Shown here piece by piece: positions 38,959 to 51,605 of a DNA stretch of 64,000 bases; the stretch's first letter is position 1; each line of letters opens with the position of its first letter. Made by a program: the position numbers and the translations under genes. The DNA comes from Phoronis australis (lineage: Eukaryota; Animalia; Phoronida): NCBI GenBank assembly GCA_002633005.1, contig NMRA01000281.1:451123-515122 (forward strand). The letters are read 5' to 3'. Below the pieces are notes generated by a model, which was not told the DNA's origin, did not search any database, and saw only the letters and a program-made list of their open reading frames with translations.

Positions 38959-39671
38959 TTGAACTCCTGTGATAGACCTGCCTGACATGATTAGTGCTTA
39001 ACAAGATGGTTCATAGTCCACATAATAGACTTGACTGGTAACCTAGAGGGATTTTCTAGATATCTCCTAAACTTTTTTTTGAAATTGGTGAGATTTTACT
39101 GTCAATTTCAGGCGTCGCTCATGCTTTAGCCCAAAAAGGTCTTGTTTTTGTGCTGGTAGTAAATGTTGATAAGTGTTAGTCACTATTGTCCTTTCATCTT
39201 GTGACCTTGTGAGGGTAGTCTATAAAGAATGCTTAAATGTGCAATCCCACTCAGCATCAAGTTAATTAGTTGTTCTCAGTTGGTATGAATCACTAACTAA
39301 CTGCCTATATTGATGGAAGCACAATGTAGAATAGAGCGCCACCATGGCATTGTACCATGATTGTAGTGGATTATTTATAAATTATACACTCTACAGTACT
39401 GCATTTGTTGGTGATTGGCTCGTCAGGGGAAACAGTTGTGACATCTGTCTTAACTCGGTTGGTTAATGTCGCCTTTGCTTTAATACTAGTTGATATTTTG
39501 TTTCAGATCTGTAACCAGGTAACCAAAGTATGGCTTCTTATTGGTAGTAGTTCGCTACATCGCATCTGCCACAGATCGTAAACGTAGCGGGAAGGGCCTG
39601 CGTTGGAGAATGGTGGAGGAGCAGAAAACGTGATTAGTCGAGACACTTCACTGAGACCGCTTTCCTTTATA

Positions 39672-39749
39672 ATGTATATCAAGGAGTATAGAATTGCTCT
39701 GCCATTGAGTGTGGATGAATACAGGATCGCTCAACTCTACATGATTCAG
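39672..39749 (+). CDS. PITPNM: PITPNM/rdgB-type membrane-associated PI transfer protein, coding exon 1 (PITP domain N-terminus)
   Basis: ATG at 39672 gives MYIKEYRIALPLSVDEYRIAQLYMIQ, the typical class II PITP N-terminus. Donor CAG|GTATGT, phase 0. A probable acceptor (tttgtttcag) ends at 39506. Confidence 0.95.
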
Positions 39750-40950
39750 GTATGTGCACATAAGCTCGATTATGTAAATGTACACTATGCCAAAATCTCA
39801 CCAATTTACGATTCAATGTGACAAGCGATTGAAATTATATTTTCTGATTTTTTTCATAAGTAATACCTAGCATAGAATTGATGTTTTCTCGTGTTCATGT
39901 TTTGCCGCTACCAACAGTTATTTGTGTTTTAAGTGATCAATTTTGGCTTCAGCGAGAACGGATTACGTGCTGTAGTTCAAATCCCCAGAGTTGTGGACTT
40001 TCATAACAAAGTTAGAAGAGGTTGAAAAATAAAATAGTGGCAAATATCTTTTATCGGAATTTGTGAGAGATTAATGTGATTTTTAATTTTTTTTGGACAA
40101 AACTAAACTTGTTATTATAGGAGAACATGACCGACTACCTTGTTTCAGGAATTAGATTTTTACCAGGTTCTCTTTCATCATGATAGCATAAACTGTGTTA
40201 ATAACAGAATAAAATATTCTTAATTTTATGTGTTTGTTGAGAAAATTCCACTTTTCTTTGTCATGTGGGAGCTGAATATGTAAAGCATTGCTATTGTGCT
40301 GCACTCAACCTAATGTGTGGTTGTCATCAGTCATCCAAAATTAATTGTTTGAATCCCCAATAATTGAACCTGCATCTTTGTATGAAATTATTAACCCATT
40401 ATTTGCAGTCATCTGATTATTCTTTGTGACAACTCATGTCTCCAATTGATAAGCACCATCACTTAGTATGTTTTCCATTGACCCCTATAATAATTTGTGG
40501 CAGGTCAGGGCTCAACTTCCCAAATACTCCTGGGAAATTCCCATGTCACTACTTGGGAACTTAGTGAGATAGCCAAACCTCTCTGGCAAGAGCCGAAAAC
40601 AAAGGGAATATTTAATGAATCCAGGACATGTCCACTGGCGAACCCAAGATGCCTAAATGGAATTTTTTCGTTATCTCATTTGAAGGGAAAATTAGGAGAG
40701 TCTTGCAAAGAAAATCACTTTTCCTCCATTCCTCCCCCTCGGGCCCATTATCCTGCGCAAAGGCTCACTTCCTTAGGCAGAAAATCGCTATCAGGCTCTG
40801 GTGGTTTTTGCCGAACAGTTCCGACTTCTATGTGTTTATTTCCTTTAGCATTTTGGATGCGTGGTCGGATATGACATGGAGACTTTGTGGCGACATAGGA
40901 TTTTTACCTGAGTGTGCCGAATAAAGGTGTTTCAAAATCATGAAAAACCA

Positions 40951-41122
40951 TTTGATATCAACATGTTCAGTATATACAGTGGCACTTTGATATCAACATG
41001 TTCAGTATATACAGTGGCACTTTGATGTCAACATGTTCAATATATGCAGTGGCACTTTGATATCAACATGTTCAGTATATACAGTGGCACTTTGATATCA
41101 ACATGTTCAATATATGCAGTGC
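40951..41122. repeat. 35-bp minisatellite, 5 copies
   Basis: Unit TTTGATATCAACATGTTCAGTATATACAGTGGCAC. Confidence 0.95.
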
Positions 41123-41619
41123 CAGATAAAAGTAATCAGGAAGCTTCCCGTCATGACTCCTTGTTTTGTTAACAGCAAAAATTATTGTTTATGAATATTA
41201 GGGCACCAAATGTCTTAGTCATCTTCCTAACTTTAATGTTAATTCCTCGTCATTCTCGGTCATATAGGAAGACTACTACTTTCTCCCAGCCATCATGACA
41301 GGGAATTCTGGGTCATTTTGTTGCAAAACCGGTGGCTTGCACTGCAGAGGGGGTGTAAACGTGCTTTTAATCAAAAAAGCATATTTTACTTTGGGCCATT
41401 TATTATTATAAAATTGTCTACTCTAGTCTTGCTTCTTACTCAGGTTAGTATTGCTGAGCCTGGAATGACCAGTCAAGATGTTTTCCCTTCAGACCAAATC
41501 TACTTAATGATAACAGTTGCATGTTACAATGGGTCCGTTTCCAAGACAGTAGGGTCATCTGGGATTTTTGGAATGCAATTTCAATTCCAACAAAGGATAA
41601 AAATGCCATGGCATTGCTT

Positions 41620-42467
41620 TGGAAGGTCAAAAACGCGTGTAGATAAAGTTTTTTTTTAATCCCAGAACATTCTTACAGTTGCTTTAAAACAGTTATCTAG
41701 AATCATGGTATCACACAGAGCAAGGTTGTTCTGAGTAAAAGAACGCAAAAATATTCCCACAAAACAAAACCATTGTCCAGACATTGTACCTAGTGTGTAC
41801 ATCTATAAACTTGCAATCTGCACAAAAGAGAAACGGTTTTATTTACACTCAGATAAAACAGTACAAAGTAGTGAATGGATAGTTTTGTCAAACTCAGTCT
41901 ATGCCTGCCATAGTTTCTGATGCAGACTCAAAACCAAGAAGCAGATGTTCTTTGTAAGCATGCGAAGTCTCGCCAATTTCAGACAAAAATTAAGTTTCAA
42001 AATTTCAGTTTGCCATGTCTTTTAACATTGTTGTGAATGCTTACAANTGGAAGGTCAAATACGTGTGTAGATAAAAGTTTTTTTTTAACCCTAGAACATT
42101 CTTACAGTTGCTTTAAAACAGTTATCTAGAATCATGGTATCACACAGAGCAAGGTTGTTCTGAGTAAAAGAACGCAAAAATATTCCCACAAAACAAAACC
42201 ATTGTCCAGACATTGTACCTAGTGTGTACATCTTGCAATCTGCACAAAAGAGAAACGGTTTTATTTACACTCAGAATAAACAGTACAAAGTAGTGAATGG
42301 ATAGTTTTGTCAAACTCAGTCCATGCCTGCCATAGTTTCTGATGCAGACTCAAAACCAAGAAGCAGATGTTCTTTGTAAGCATGCGAAGTTTCGCCAATT
42401 TCAGACAAAAATTAAGTTTCAAAATTTCAGTTTGCCATGTCTTTTAACATTGTTGTGAATGCTTACA
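41620..42467. repeat. Tandem duplication of about 425 bp around a single N
   Basis: 41620-42046 matches 42048-42467; N at 42047. Confidence 0.88.
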
Positions 42468-42927
42468 ATTTCACAATATTCTCAGTTGGTAGCCATGGAT
42501 ACAGCAAAGCATCATTCTGTTACATTTATGAAAAAACGAAAAACAAAATTTCACCTTTCAGCCATGTTGGGTTATATATTGGTGATATTATACCGCAACA
42601 AATTTGCTACGATCCGTTTCAGATCCTGTTTCACTGAAATTGTTACTACGTAGAACTGCATTGTCAACTCAGGCTTTTGCTTTCTTGTGGATCAACATTT
42701 GTTTGAATGTCTTATCAATCGTTTGTCACAAGCTGCTCAGGTTAGAATCAGAAGTGTTACTGCTGACGGAATGCATTATATAAAATGATATAAAATTCAA
42801 TTAGTGCTGAATCAATAAAGGAAAAGGTTCATTGTCAACAATTTTCTTTCCTTATGTGATCGCCTTGTCATTGCCAGGTATGGTTGACAATCTGCTCTTC
42901 CATTCATACCTTTCATTTCACCATTAG

Positions 42928-43060
42928 AAAAAGAGTCGCAATGAGAGCTCAGGTAAAGAAAGTGGTGTTGAGATCCTAGTCAATGAGCCATACACTGATG
43001 GCCCAGGTGGTGACGGACAGTACACTTACAAGGTCTACCACATTGGTAGTCACTTACCAG
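42928..43060 (+). CDS. PITPNM: PITPNM coding exon 2
   Basis: Acceptor ccattag; translates [44 protein letters not shown](G); donor CAG|GTATAT. Contains the inositol-binding T and K of QYTYK. Not in the ORF track. Confidence 0.95.
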
Positions 43061-43306
43061 GTATATTCACAAACTTGGTTGATCATAAGTTATGACTGAC
43101 GATTTTTGTATGAATGTATTTCAGCCCTTTCTGTTAATTCATGTGAATGTTATAATATATAAATGGTTGATATGAAATAATATTTACATTTGATATTATT
43201 TGTGCAATGAATGTTTGTCACCAGTTGTGATAATCTGTATCCATTTTTTACCACTGAGCAATGACAAATGACCAAAAGAGGTTTTTCATGGATTTTGCTA
43301 CAATTG

Positions 43307-43382
43307 ATGATCATTTGTCATAAGACTGGTGATCATTTGTCATAAGACTGATGATCATTTATCATAAGACTGATGATCATTT
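43307..43382. repeat. 22-bp tandem repeat, about 3.5 copies
   Basis: Unit ATGATCATTTGTCATAAGACTG. Confidence 0.85.
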
Positions 43383-43631
43383 TCTAGCATCCTGATGTGA
43401 ACCATTATTATCAACTGAAAATGGGGGTGTGGGTTGATGTCAGTCACACCAACCAAGGACGATCGAGCCAAATCAATTCCGCTGTAGCTTTTAAAGTTCC
43501 TATAATAAGACTTCTTATAAAACGAACTCTCAAGTTGGATTAGACTGCTTACTGTATTGTAACGTTGGTCATAACTTGTTTCTCTATCTGACTAGATATG
43601 ATATTTCTTGGATTGGGAAGAACTGACAGGT

Positions 43632-44042
43632 TATTAGTGTCTGGGGCCTGCTTATTAGTGCCTGGGGCCTGCTTATTAGTGTCTGGAGCCTGCTTATTAA
43701 TGTCTGGGGCCTGCTTATTGGTGCTTAGGGCCTGCTTACTAGTGTCTGGGGCCTGCTTATGAGTGCCTGGGACCTTCTTATTAGTGCCTGGGGCCTGCTT
43801 ATTACTGTCAGGGGACTGCTTATTAGTGTCAGGGGACTGCTTATTAGTGTCAGGGGCCTGCTATTAGTGCCTGGGGCCTGACACTNCTTATTAGTACTTG
43901 GGACCTGCCCATTAATGCTTGGAGTCTGCTAATTAGTACTTGGGGCCTGCTTATTAGTTCTTGGGGATCTGGTATGTTAATGCTTGGGATGTGCTTACTA
44001 GTTCTTGGGGCCTGCTTATTTGTGTTTGGGGCCTGCTTATTG
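43632..44042. repeat. 21-bp minisatellite (GGGGCCTGCTTATTAGTGTCT), about 19 copies
   Basis: Visible periodicity; contains one N. Confidence 0.92.
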
Positions 44043-45012
44043 ATCCTCGTAAGTTCTCCCCATGTCCAGAATTCACTTCTCATTAAGGAACAATTTGAGA
44101 CCAGACGTAAAACAGTAAGTGGTCTTAAACAAAGTTTTTTGACAAATTAAGCAAATTTGTTCTGGAAGATCACGCACATTTTGTTACAAGTACAGGGCAT
44201 TCCAGAGGGCCCTCGTTAAAAGCAGGCCTTTTGTCAACATTTAGTGTTCAAGACATCTTATTTTCGTTTACCGTAATTTGACATTGATGCACAGCACAAG
44301 ATTTTTTCCTATCAGAAGTAATAGTTTAATGCTAACTCAAGACTTCAGTCTAAAGGATGCATTGCCTGCCAGATGCAGTCACTGTTATTTCTTCAAACAA
44401 TTTTGATGAATTTTGTTAAAATTTGTTTGGCTTCATCGAAGTTATGACGTAAATCCAGATGGAAACCAGAACGATTAAACTAAATCATTGACAAATTAGC
44501 CATCAATTTTGCTTCGAAATTTCATTAAGTGTTAAGAGACCGTATCCTTAAAGATAAACTGCCTGCCCGAAGACCTCGAGTTAATGATGTGAGAGGATAT
44601 CAAATCTGTCTTGTGATCTGTTGAAGTGACCAGCTAACTGTCATGTACCAATTATTCCTTGTCTTATAATTGAGTCAAGATAGTAATGAAAAACGTAGTT
44701 CTTCACAAGCAGTTTCAAAATTATCTTTACCATGATAGGACTGTTTATATCTGTTGGCATAGTGAACTTCCAAGTATTTACATGTAAAAAAATCCAATCC
44801 TTCCAAAATTTGTCGCCTTCAGTTCAATCGACAGTTATTTCTGAAATGAAACTCAGTGTTGAAACCGCTGCTTTCGCGGTTTTCTTTGGCTAGTTAGTAT
44901 ATTTCTTGATTTCAAATTTCAGCAGTAAGTGTGTCAGTAAGCTAAGCAACTTTAGATTACCGACGTTGTGCCGTGTCTGACCCCTGACCTGTTATTGCTG
45001 TTCTATTACCAG

Positions 45013-45216
45013 GTTGGTTCCGAGCAATCCTGCCCAAGTCTGCTCTGAGAGTTGAAGAAGAGGCCTGGAATGCTTATCCATACACCAAGACCATTTACCG
45101 ATGTCCTTTTATAGAGAAGTTTCTGTTGGAGATAGAGACGAGATATTTCAATGATGGGGGGACGCAGGAAAACGTGTTCAACTTACCTGAAGCTGAAAGG
45201 CGGGCAAGAACAGTTG
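45013..45216 (+). CDS. PITPNM: PITPNM coding exon 3
   Basis: Acceptor ttaccag; translates (G)WFRAILPKSALRVEEEAWNAYPYTKTIYRCPFIEKFLLEIETRYFNDGGTQENVFNLPEAERRARTV(D); donor TTG|GTAAGT; 204 nt, phase 1-1. Confidence 0.95.
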
Positions 45217-45428
45217 GTAAGTGTTGTGTACTCTGTTTACCATGCAATATATGAATATGTTGGTAAGTGTGGTATACGCACTATACCAGGCATGAACAGT
45301 TGTTAAATATGGTATACCCAATATACCAGGCACAAACATTTGATTAACATAATGTATACCCAGTATACCAGGCTTGAACAGTTGGTACATTTTGTATACC
45401 TTGTTTACCAGGCAAGAACAATTGGACG
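45203..45428. repeat. Degenerate 40-bp tandem repeat beginning inside PITPNM exon 3
   Basis: Units of the form GGCAAGAACAGTTGGTA......GTATAC......TACCA, about 5.5 copies. Confidence 0.78.
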
Positions 45429-47537
45429 TATGTATCAGACACCATTTGAAATATTGGCAAAAAATTTATACCTCTACATTTTTTGTTAAATTAAGAAATT
45501 AATGGTGGTGAAAGTTGGTTCCACAAAACAGTAGTTTAGAAATAACATAAAGTTATGTTGAGTGCTGCTTTAATAGTGGGTCGAATGTGGCCAAGTTCCA
45601 ACTCAAGTGAGATAAAATGAGATTGAAGCAGTTTATGAAGCCAAAAATAACACCTGACTAGCTCCATTTCGACTATGATAAAACTGTTTAGTTAACTTGC
45701 CTTGTTTCACGACTCATTTTTTGTGACCATCGCAAAATTATTTCAATCATTTTACACTCGCTATTAAGTCAAAGGGGTTATCCTAAGGTACCAGTCATAT
45801 TAAGTAAACAGCGCTAAATGTATCTGATAATTTTGTCTTGAGAAATTTTGTAATAAACTTAAGTGACACTTTTTCACTGCCTGGGTAATGTCAGTTAAGG
45901 CTATGCAGGGCCCTCGGCTGGATAAATATCCAAATTTGGCCAACTTTAGAACATATCTCATATGGTTGATGGGGTTCATATGAAACTCTCAGATATTGTG
46001 CTTTATGCACAGTTCTCCAACGTAATTTTAGGAAAAGTTTTTAATCTGTTGCACTTTTGTATGAGGGGTTATCAAAAATATGTCTTAAGTTTTAGGATTT
46101 ATATAAAAAGCCTCAAAATTTACGTAAAGCAAAAACAAAATTATTTAGTAATATTTGCGTCCACATATTCATATGTGGGTGCCAAAGCTTCAGTCAATGG
46201 GAACACTTAACTTCGAACCTGTATCAAAGTTAACAGCACTCCGAAGTAAAGAGGTGTATTAAATAGCGAAGTGTCGACGCTTGGCTACAATGAGAACGCT
46301 TCAATGCCATTGGAGTTATTGGCAGGGGTCACTGCCTGTGTTTGTCAACAGTGGACTGTGACTGGTTAATATTTGTTAATATTTTGTTATAATATAATTT
46401 TGGCAGTAACAGCATGTTGTTTCAATTTAACCATGTATTTTCTGGATTCTTTACATTAAAAATATCACTGAACGTATGATACACAAAACCAGTTCCTGCC
46501 ATACTTCATTTGTTCAGATCAGCTGTTGGCCGACTCAAGAGTCAATTTTTTAATATGTCTTCTTCTAGTTCATCATCATCGTCCCAACATGGCAACCAAT
46601 GGCTGCCTTGTGAAGTTGATATTCTGGTTTCCATTTTGGGAGGGGGATAGGTATTTGTCATTTTTGATAACAAGGACAAAAACACTAGGGCAGGTCACAT
46701 TAGCACTGCCCTGCGATAGCTTCGCTGAACTGGTTTTCTGACTAACTAGGAAGCTGATGGGAACACTAATGCTTAACTTCGCTGCGGTTAACCACAATTA
46801 ACGTTGACGCTTCAGCAGCTCAGTTAACTGACGAGTGTATGGGAAAGGGCCTTTGATGTGTTGGGCTTTTCAGATAATTCCGACTTACTCAAGGAAACAC
46901 GGTTTAATCACTCGAACTTGAACACGTTATGTGACTTGACCGGGCGTATACACGACAAGTTAATGGAAGGTCAATAGTTGGTGTATGGACTATAATATAG
47001 TTGTATGGTGGTGTTGTTCACTGTCGATTCTCGTGGTGACACAGGTGAAAGTAAAGTGATGACTCCTACTGTTCAAGGCCTTTGATTTTTGGGCCAAATT
47101 GCGTGTCCATTCCCCTATGAAAAGTATCTAAAAGTCACATGAAATTCCACCCAACAAGCCCAAAAATTCCCCTCCAATAAGTATAAAATTTTGCTATTGG
47201 TTAGAATCACTTCACTCTCCAAAATGTTAGTTTTGACTGCTTGAAGCTTTGTTTCTGAGAATGAGAAGTGGTGATGGGGAGTGGGATTGTTTGGTAGTGA
47301 CTGGAGGAGGGTCATTTTTCCCCTGAACAAAAAATTCCCTCAGAAGGTTCAGGCACCTTTCCCCTTAGGTGAGCAAGGGTGCGGGCATTATTATATTTGG
47401 GAGTCAATGGGCTCGTTGTGGTCAGAGTGACATTCTTAAGATATTGTAGGATCCAAATTTACATGCACTACAATATGAGGTAAGCTTGAAATTAAGATTG
47501 GTGTTGACTTAATTTGTTGTTACCACTGTTGTTGCAG

Positions 47538-47789
47538 ACTTCATAGACATTGTCAAAGACTCTGTGTCCAGCAGTGAATATAAAAAGGAAGAAGACCCCA
47601 AACTGTACAAGTCAGCCAAGACTGGAAGGGGCCCGCTCTCCGACAACTGGAGGGAGGAATACATTGCTGCCACCTCACAACCCAATCACAGGTCAGATGA
47701 GAAGATTATGTGCGCCTACAAACTGTGCAAAGTGGAGTTCCGCTACTGGGGCATGCAGAATAAGATAGAGCGATTTATACACGATATTG
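47538..47789 (+). CDS. PITPNM: PITPNM coding exon 4
   Basis: Acceptor gttgcag; translates (D)FIDIVKDSVSSSEYKKEEDPKLYKSAKTGRGPLSDNWREEY...IMCAYKLCKVEFRYWGMQNKIERFIHDI(G); donor TTG|GTAAGC; 252 nt. Confidence 0.95.
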
Positions 47790-49469
47790 GTAAGCACAGT
47801 TCATGTGACATTTGTGTGTATTTGGCTTCTGTAATGCATGGTGGTTGCTTCACTTATTTAGCACACAATATGTCCGACAAGGGAAATTCAATTGTGTCAA
47901 ATTTCTCCACGAAAATGAAGATTTAAGTAAATCTTAGTTTATTGGTAGCAAGGTTTGTATTATGTAGATGTCATAAAATAACTTTTGGTAAATTTTCCAT
48001 TATTTGTAGCAATCAGCCTTTGAAAAATGGATAAAATAAATGTGAAATAATTACAGAATTACCATAACATAATTCTCCTATCTTACTTTAGGTTCTAAGA
48101 AACTGACTTAAGTTCATTTTTGACTTAAGTCTAAGATTTGTCTCATCTTCCAGACTTTGAAACTTTGGTAAGTTAGTCAACATTAAGCCAACACTTAAGT
48201 CAAAAATCTAAGTCAAACTTAAGATTGCTCTCTAGAAACGGACTTTAGGCAAATTTAAGTTTTATCTTAAAATTGACTGAAATTTAAGATTTGTCGTAGC
48301 TAAGTCAGTTTTATTGGAAGTAGCTCCAGAGCAACGAGCAGCGATTTCATTCTTCGTTTAATAAAACAAACCTAAGTTCACCTTTAAAGTCAGTTTCATT
48401 TTCACCATATTGCAGCATGTCATATTGTGATTTCCGTAATAGAAATATTCATTTGGTGTTCTCAGTCTGATGTCATTCTAGACAAGCAGTTAAGGTACGT
48501 TTTAAGTGGTCTCAGATAGGCTTTGTGCACAGTTGTGTCCAGCAGTAGGTGTAGTGTCACATGGAATGGTTTTAATGGTAAATTGGATACAGGTAACAAC
48601 AATGTGCTGATGATTGGATGTATGGATTTGGTCCTCGAATTTTAGTTTGGCATGTATACAACCACACTTGGATTCTCTTAAAAGTCTTGATTCTCTTGAA
48701 CGTCTTCCTTGCACAGATTTTTGATATTATTTTAGATGTATTGGACTACCCAGATAATTCTAGCAATACCTTATCAACATAATAAGAAAACAGGTAGAAT
48801 CATCGAATGATACGTGAAGTAGCCTTTTCGCGCCATATTGCATCATCGTGATGACACAGAAAAAAGAACAAAAGGCCATAAGTGGTTGTATTGAGTGGGG
48901 GTCTGAATAAAACAACGTTTAGTGATTCTCGCAGTAACGTAGACAAATGTAAGTCAACAAGCTTAGTCACCTTTCATAATTGCATTTTCCAATGCTCAAA
49001 ACGTGCTGTAGCAACCAAGTTCACCATGTGTTACTGTTGAAGGTAGGCTTTAATCTTTGGCGTGTTGGTCGAGAGAGACTGACATCTATCACGGCGCCAC
49101 TATTCTTTAGGCACATTCCATGAACAAAGTCAGCGTAGTACACCATATGCCTGTTCTTATCATAAATATATGTGTTCTTTTCTATTTAGTACCAACAGTA
49201 CTCTTTGTGTACATTCTTTGAATTCTGTTTGCACACGACATAAAAGTACTTGATCTTAAAGGCACTCTTTCCTCTTTTTTCACCGATTTGCAGCACAGAA
49301 ATAGATTCACCAGTCGAGAGAGACCAATATAGGAACATTTTGTAAATTCTAGCCTTGTACATATTTACATTACTTACTGGTAAATCCTAAGAAGTGAGGT
49401 TTAATGCCATTTTTGGGAGCATTGCTAGGAATTCAAAAATTACATTGAAAATTTGATATCTAATTCTGG

Positions 49470-51484
49470 TTGTTTTGAAAATGTTTCATTTCACATTGAA
49501 CGAGCATACATCATTTGGTTTCAATTAGACTGGTTTGCAGTCGCATTTCTTTCATAAAGTTTTTAACTAAAAAGAAGCAGATAGAATATCTTTGTATTAA
49601 TAGCAGACCCACAAAACTTTATTTAAAAGTTTTTGATGATCACAGAACCTTATCATCTGCACAAAAGCATTGTCCAGACATTTTCACACTTACACTATTG
49701 ATATTTCTCAAATATTGCGTTTTTTCACAGAGATTGCTGTATTTTCCCAAACGTTAATATTTGTGAAACGTCAAATTTTCTTACAAAAAATGCAGTCACA
49801 TGATGTAAGCACTATTGTTGTGCGCATTATAAGATTCTATGGTCATCAAGGATTTTAAAAATGTGTGCTTTTATGGGTCTAGAATCAATACTTTTCAAGA
49901 TATTGAAGAAATTTGATCCGTGGTAACAGAGGTTCCCAATTATTCTAAAGTAAAATGCACTTGCATGTTGCTATGCACTTGCATGTTGCTATGCACAATT
50001 TCTCCATGTTCACGTTATTCCTTGAACTAAGTCCGCATATTGTAATGAGAGGTTGTTGTCATAAGGTTTTGGTTTGTGGGATGTCAGCATTACCTTTAAC
50101 ACAATTGGTCATTATTTTTAAAGAAGTTGATGGGTTACGTTACTGCAGTGTTCTAGACAACCTGTTTTGACTTATGACTGTCGAGTTTTTTTGTCTTATT
50201 TGCATCGAGTTCAAAGTAATTGGAGATTAGTTATTTCTTTAGCAAATTAGAACATTTTGGATTTTTGGTACCAGTTCAATGCATTTTTGTTCCCTTCACA
50301 CCAAATGTAACCCTAGTTTGTGGTTTTAGTCACTATTACTTTCCGATTCACCCCCAGTTAGTGCATTTCCAACAAGATATGGCAGCAGTACCATNTATCT
50401 ATGTTATGTGCTATCGGCAAATGTGATTGATTCATAAATAAGACCCTCACGCTGTGTTTTCTGCGAATCCCATGTATTCTGAAGGGGGCTAACTGAGTGA
50501 TTTTCGCGCATGCGCAATTCACGGTTTCAATATTGCTGGTAATGGGTTGTTTTGAAAACGTTTGATTTCACATTGAACAAGCATGTACATCATTTGGAAT
50601 AAGTTTCAATTAGACTGGTTTGCAGTCGCATTTCTTTCATAAAGTTTTTAACTAAAAAGAAGCAGATAGAATATCTTTGTATTAATAGCAGACCCTTAAA
50701 ACTTTATTTAAAAGTTTTTGATGATCACTGAACCTTATCATCTGCACAAAAGCATTGTCCAGACGTTTTCACACTTACACTATTGATATTTCTCAAATAT
50801 TGCGTTTTTTCACAGAGATTGCTGTATTTTCCCAAACGCTAATATTTGTGAAACGTCAAATTTTCTTATAAAAAACGCAGTCACATTATTACGAAGATGT
50901 GAGCACTATTGTGCGCATTATAAGATTCTATGGTCATCAAGGATTTTAAAAATGTGTGCTTTTATGGGTCTAGAATCAATACTTATCAAGATATTGAAGA
51001 AATTTGATCCGTGGTAACGGAGGTTCCCAATTACTGTAAAGTAAAATGCACTTGCATGTTGCTATGCACTTGCATGTTGCTATGCACAATTTCTCCATGT
51101 TCACATTATTCCTTGAACTAAGTCCGCATATTGTAATGAGAGGTTGATGTCATAAGGTTTTGGTTTGTGGGATGTCAGCATTACCTTTAACACAATTGGT
51201 CATTATTTTTAAAGAAGTTGATGGGTTACGTTACTGCAGTGTTCTAGACAACCTGTTTTGACTTATGACTGTCGAGTTTTTTTGTCTTATTTGCATCGAG
51301 TTCAAAGTAATTGGAGATTAGTTATTTCTTTAGCAAATTAGAACATTTTGGATTTTTGGTACCAGTTCAATGCATTTTTGTTCCCTTCACACCAAATGTA
51401 ACCCTAGTTTGTGGTTTTAGTCACTATTACTTTCCGATTCACCCCCAGTTAGTGCATTTCCAACAAGATATGGCAGCAGTACCA
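49470..51484. repeat. Duplication of about 925 bp next to a single N
   Basis: About 49470-50394 matches about 50548-51484; N at 50396. Confidence 0.85.
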
Positions 51485-51605
51485 TTCACTGACTGAACTT
51501 TCGCAACTGCCTTGTTCATACGGTTTCAATGTCATAACCTTTCACTAAATTACCCTGGCGTGCACAGGGTTATAAACACGGTGCAACTTCAAAACTTGTT
51601 TGAAA

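Noticed and set aside
40497-40924. 125-aa and 98-aa ORFs in the first coding intron of PITPNM as alternative exons
   Set aside because: No similarity to PITP, and exons 1 and 2 already join into a continuous domain.
40951-41122. 35-bp repeats of CRISPR-like length
   Set aside because: Units are head-to-tail with no unique spacers, there are no cas genes, and the context is a eukaryotic intron. The same applies to the 31-bp and 62-bp arrays.
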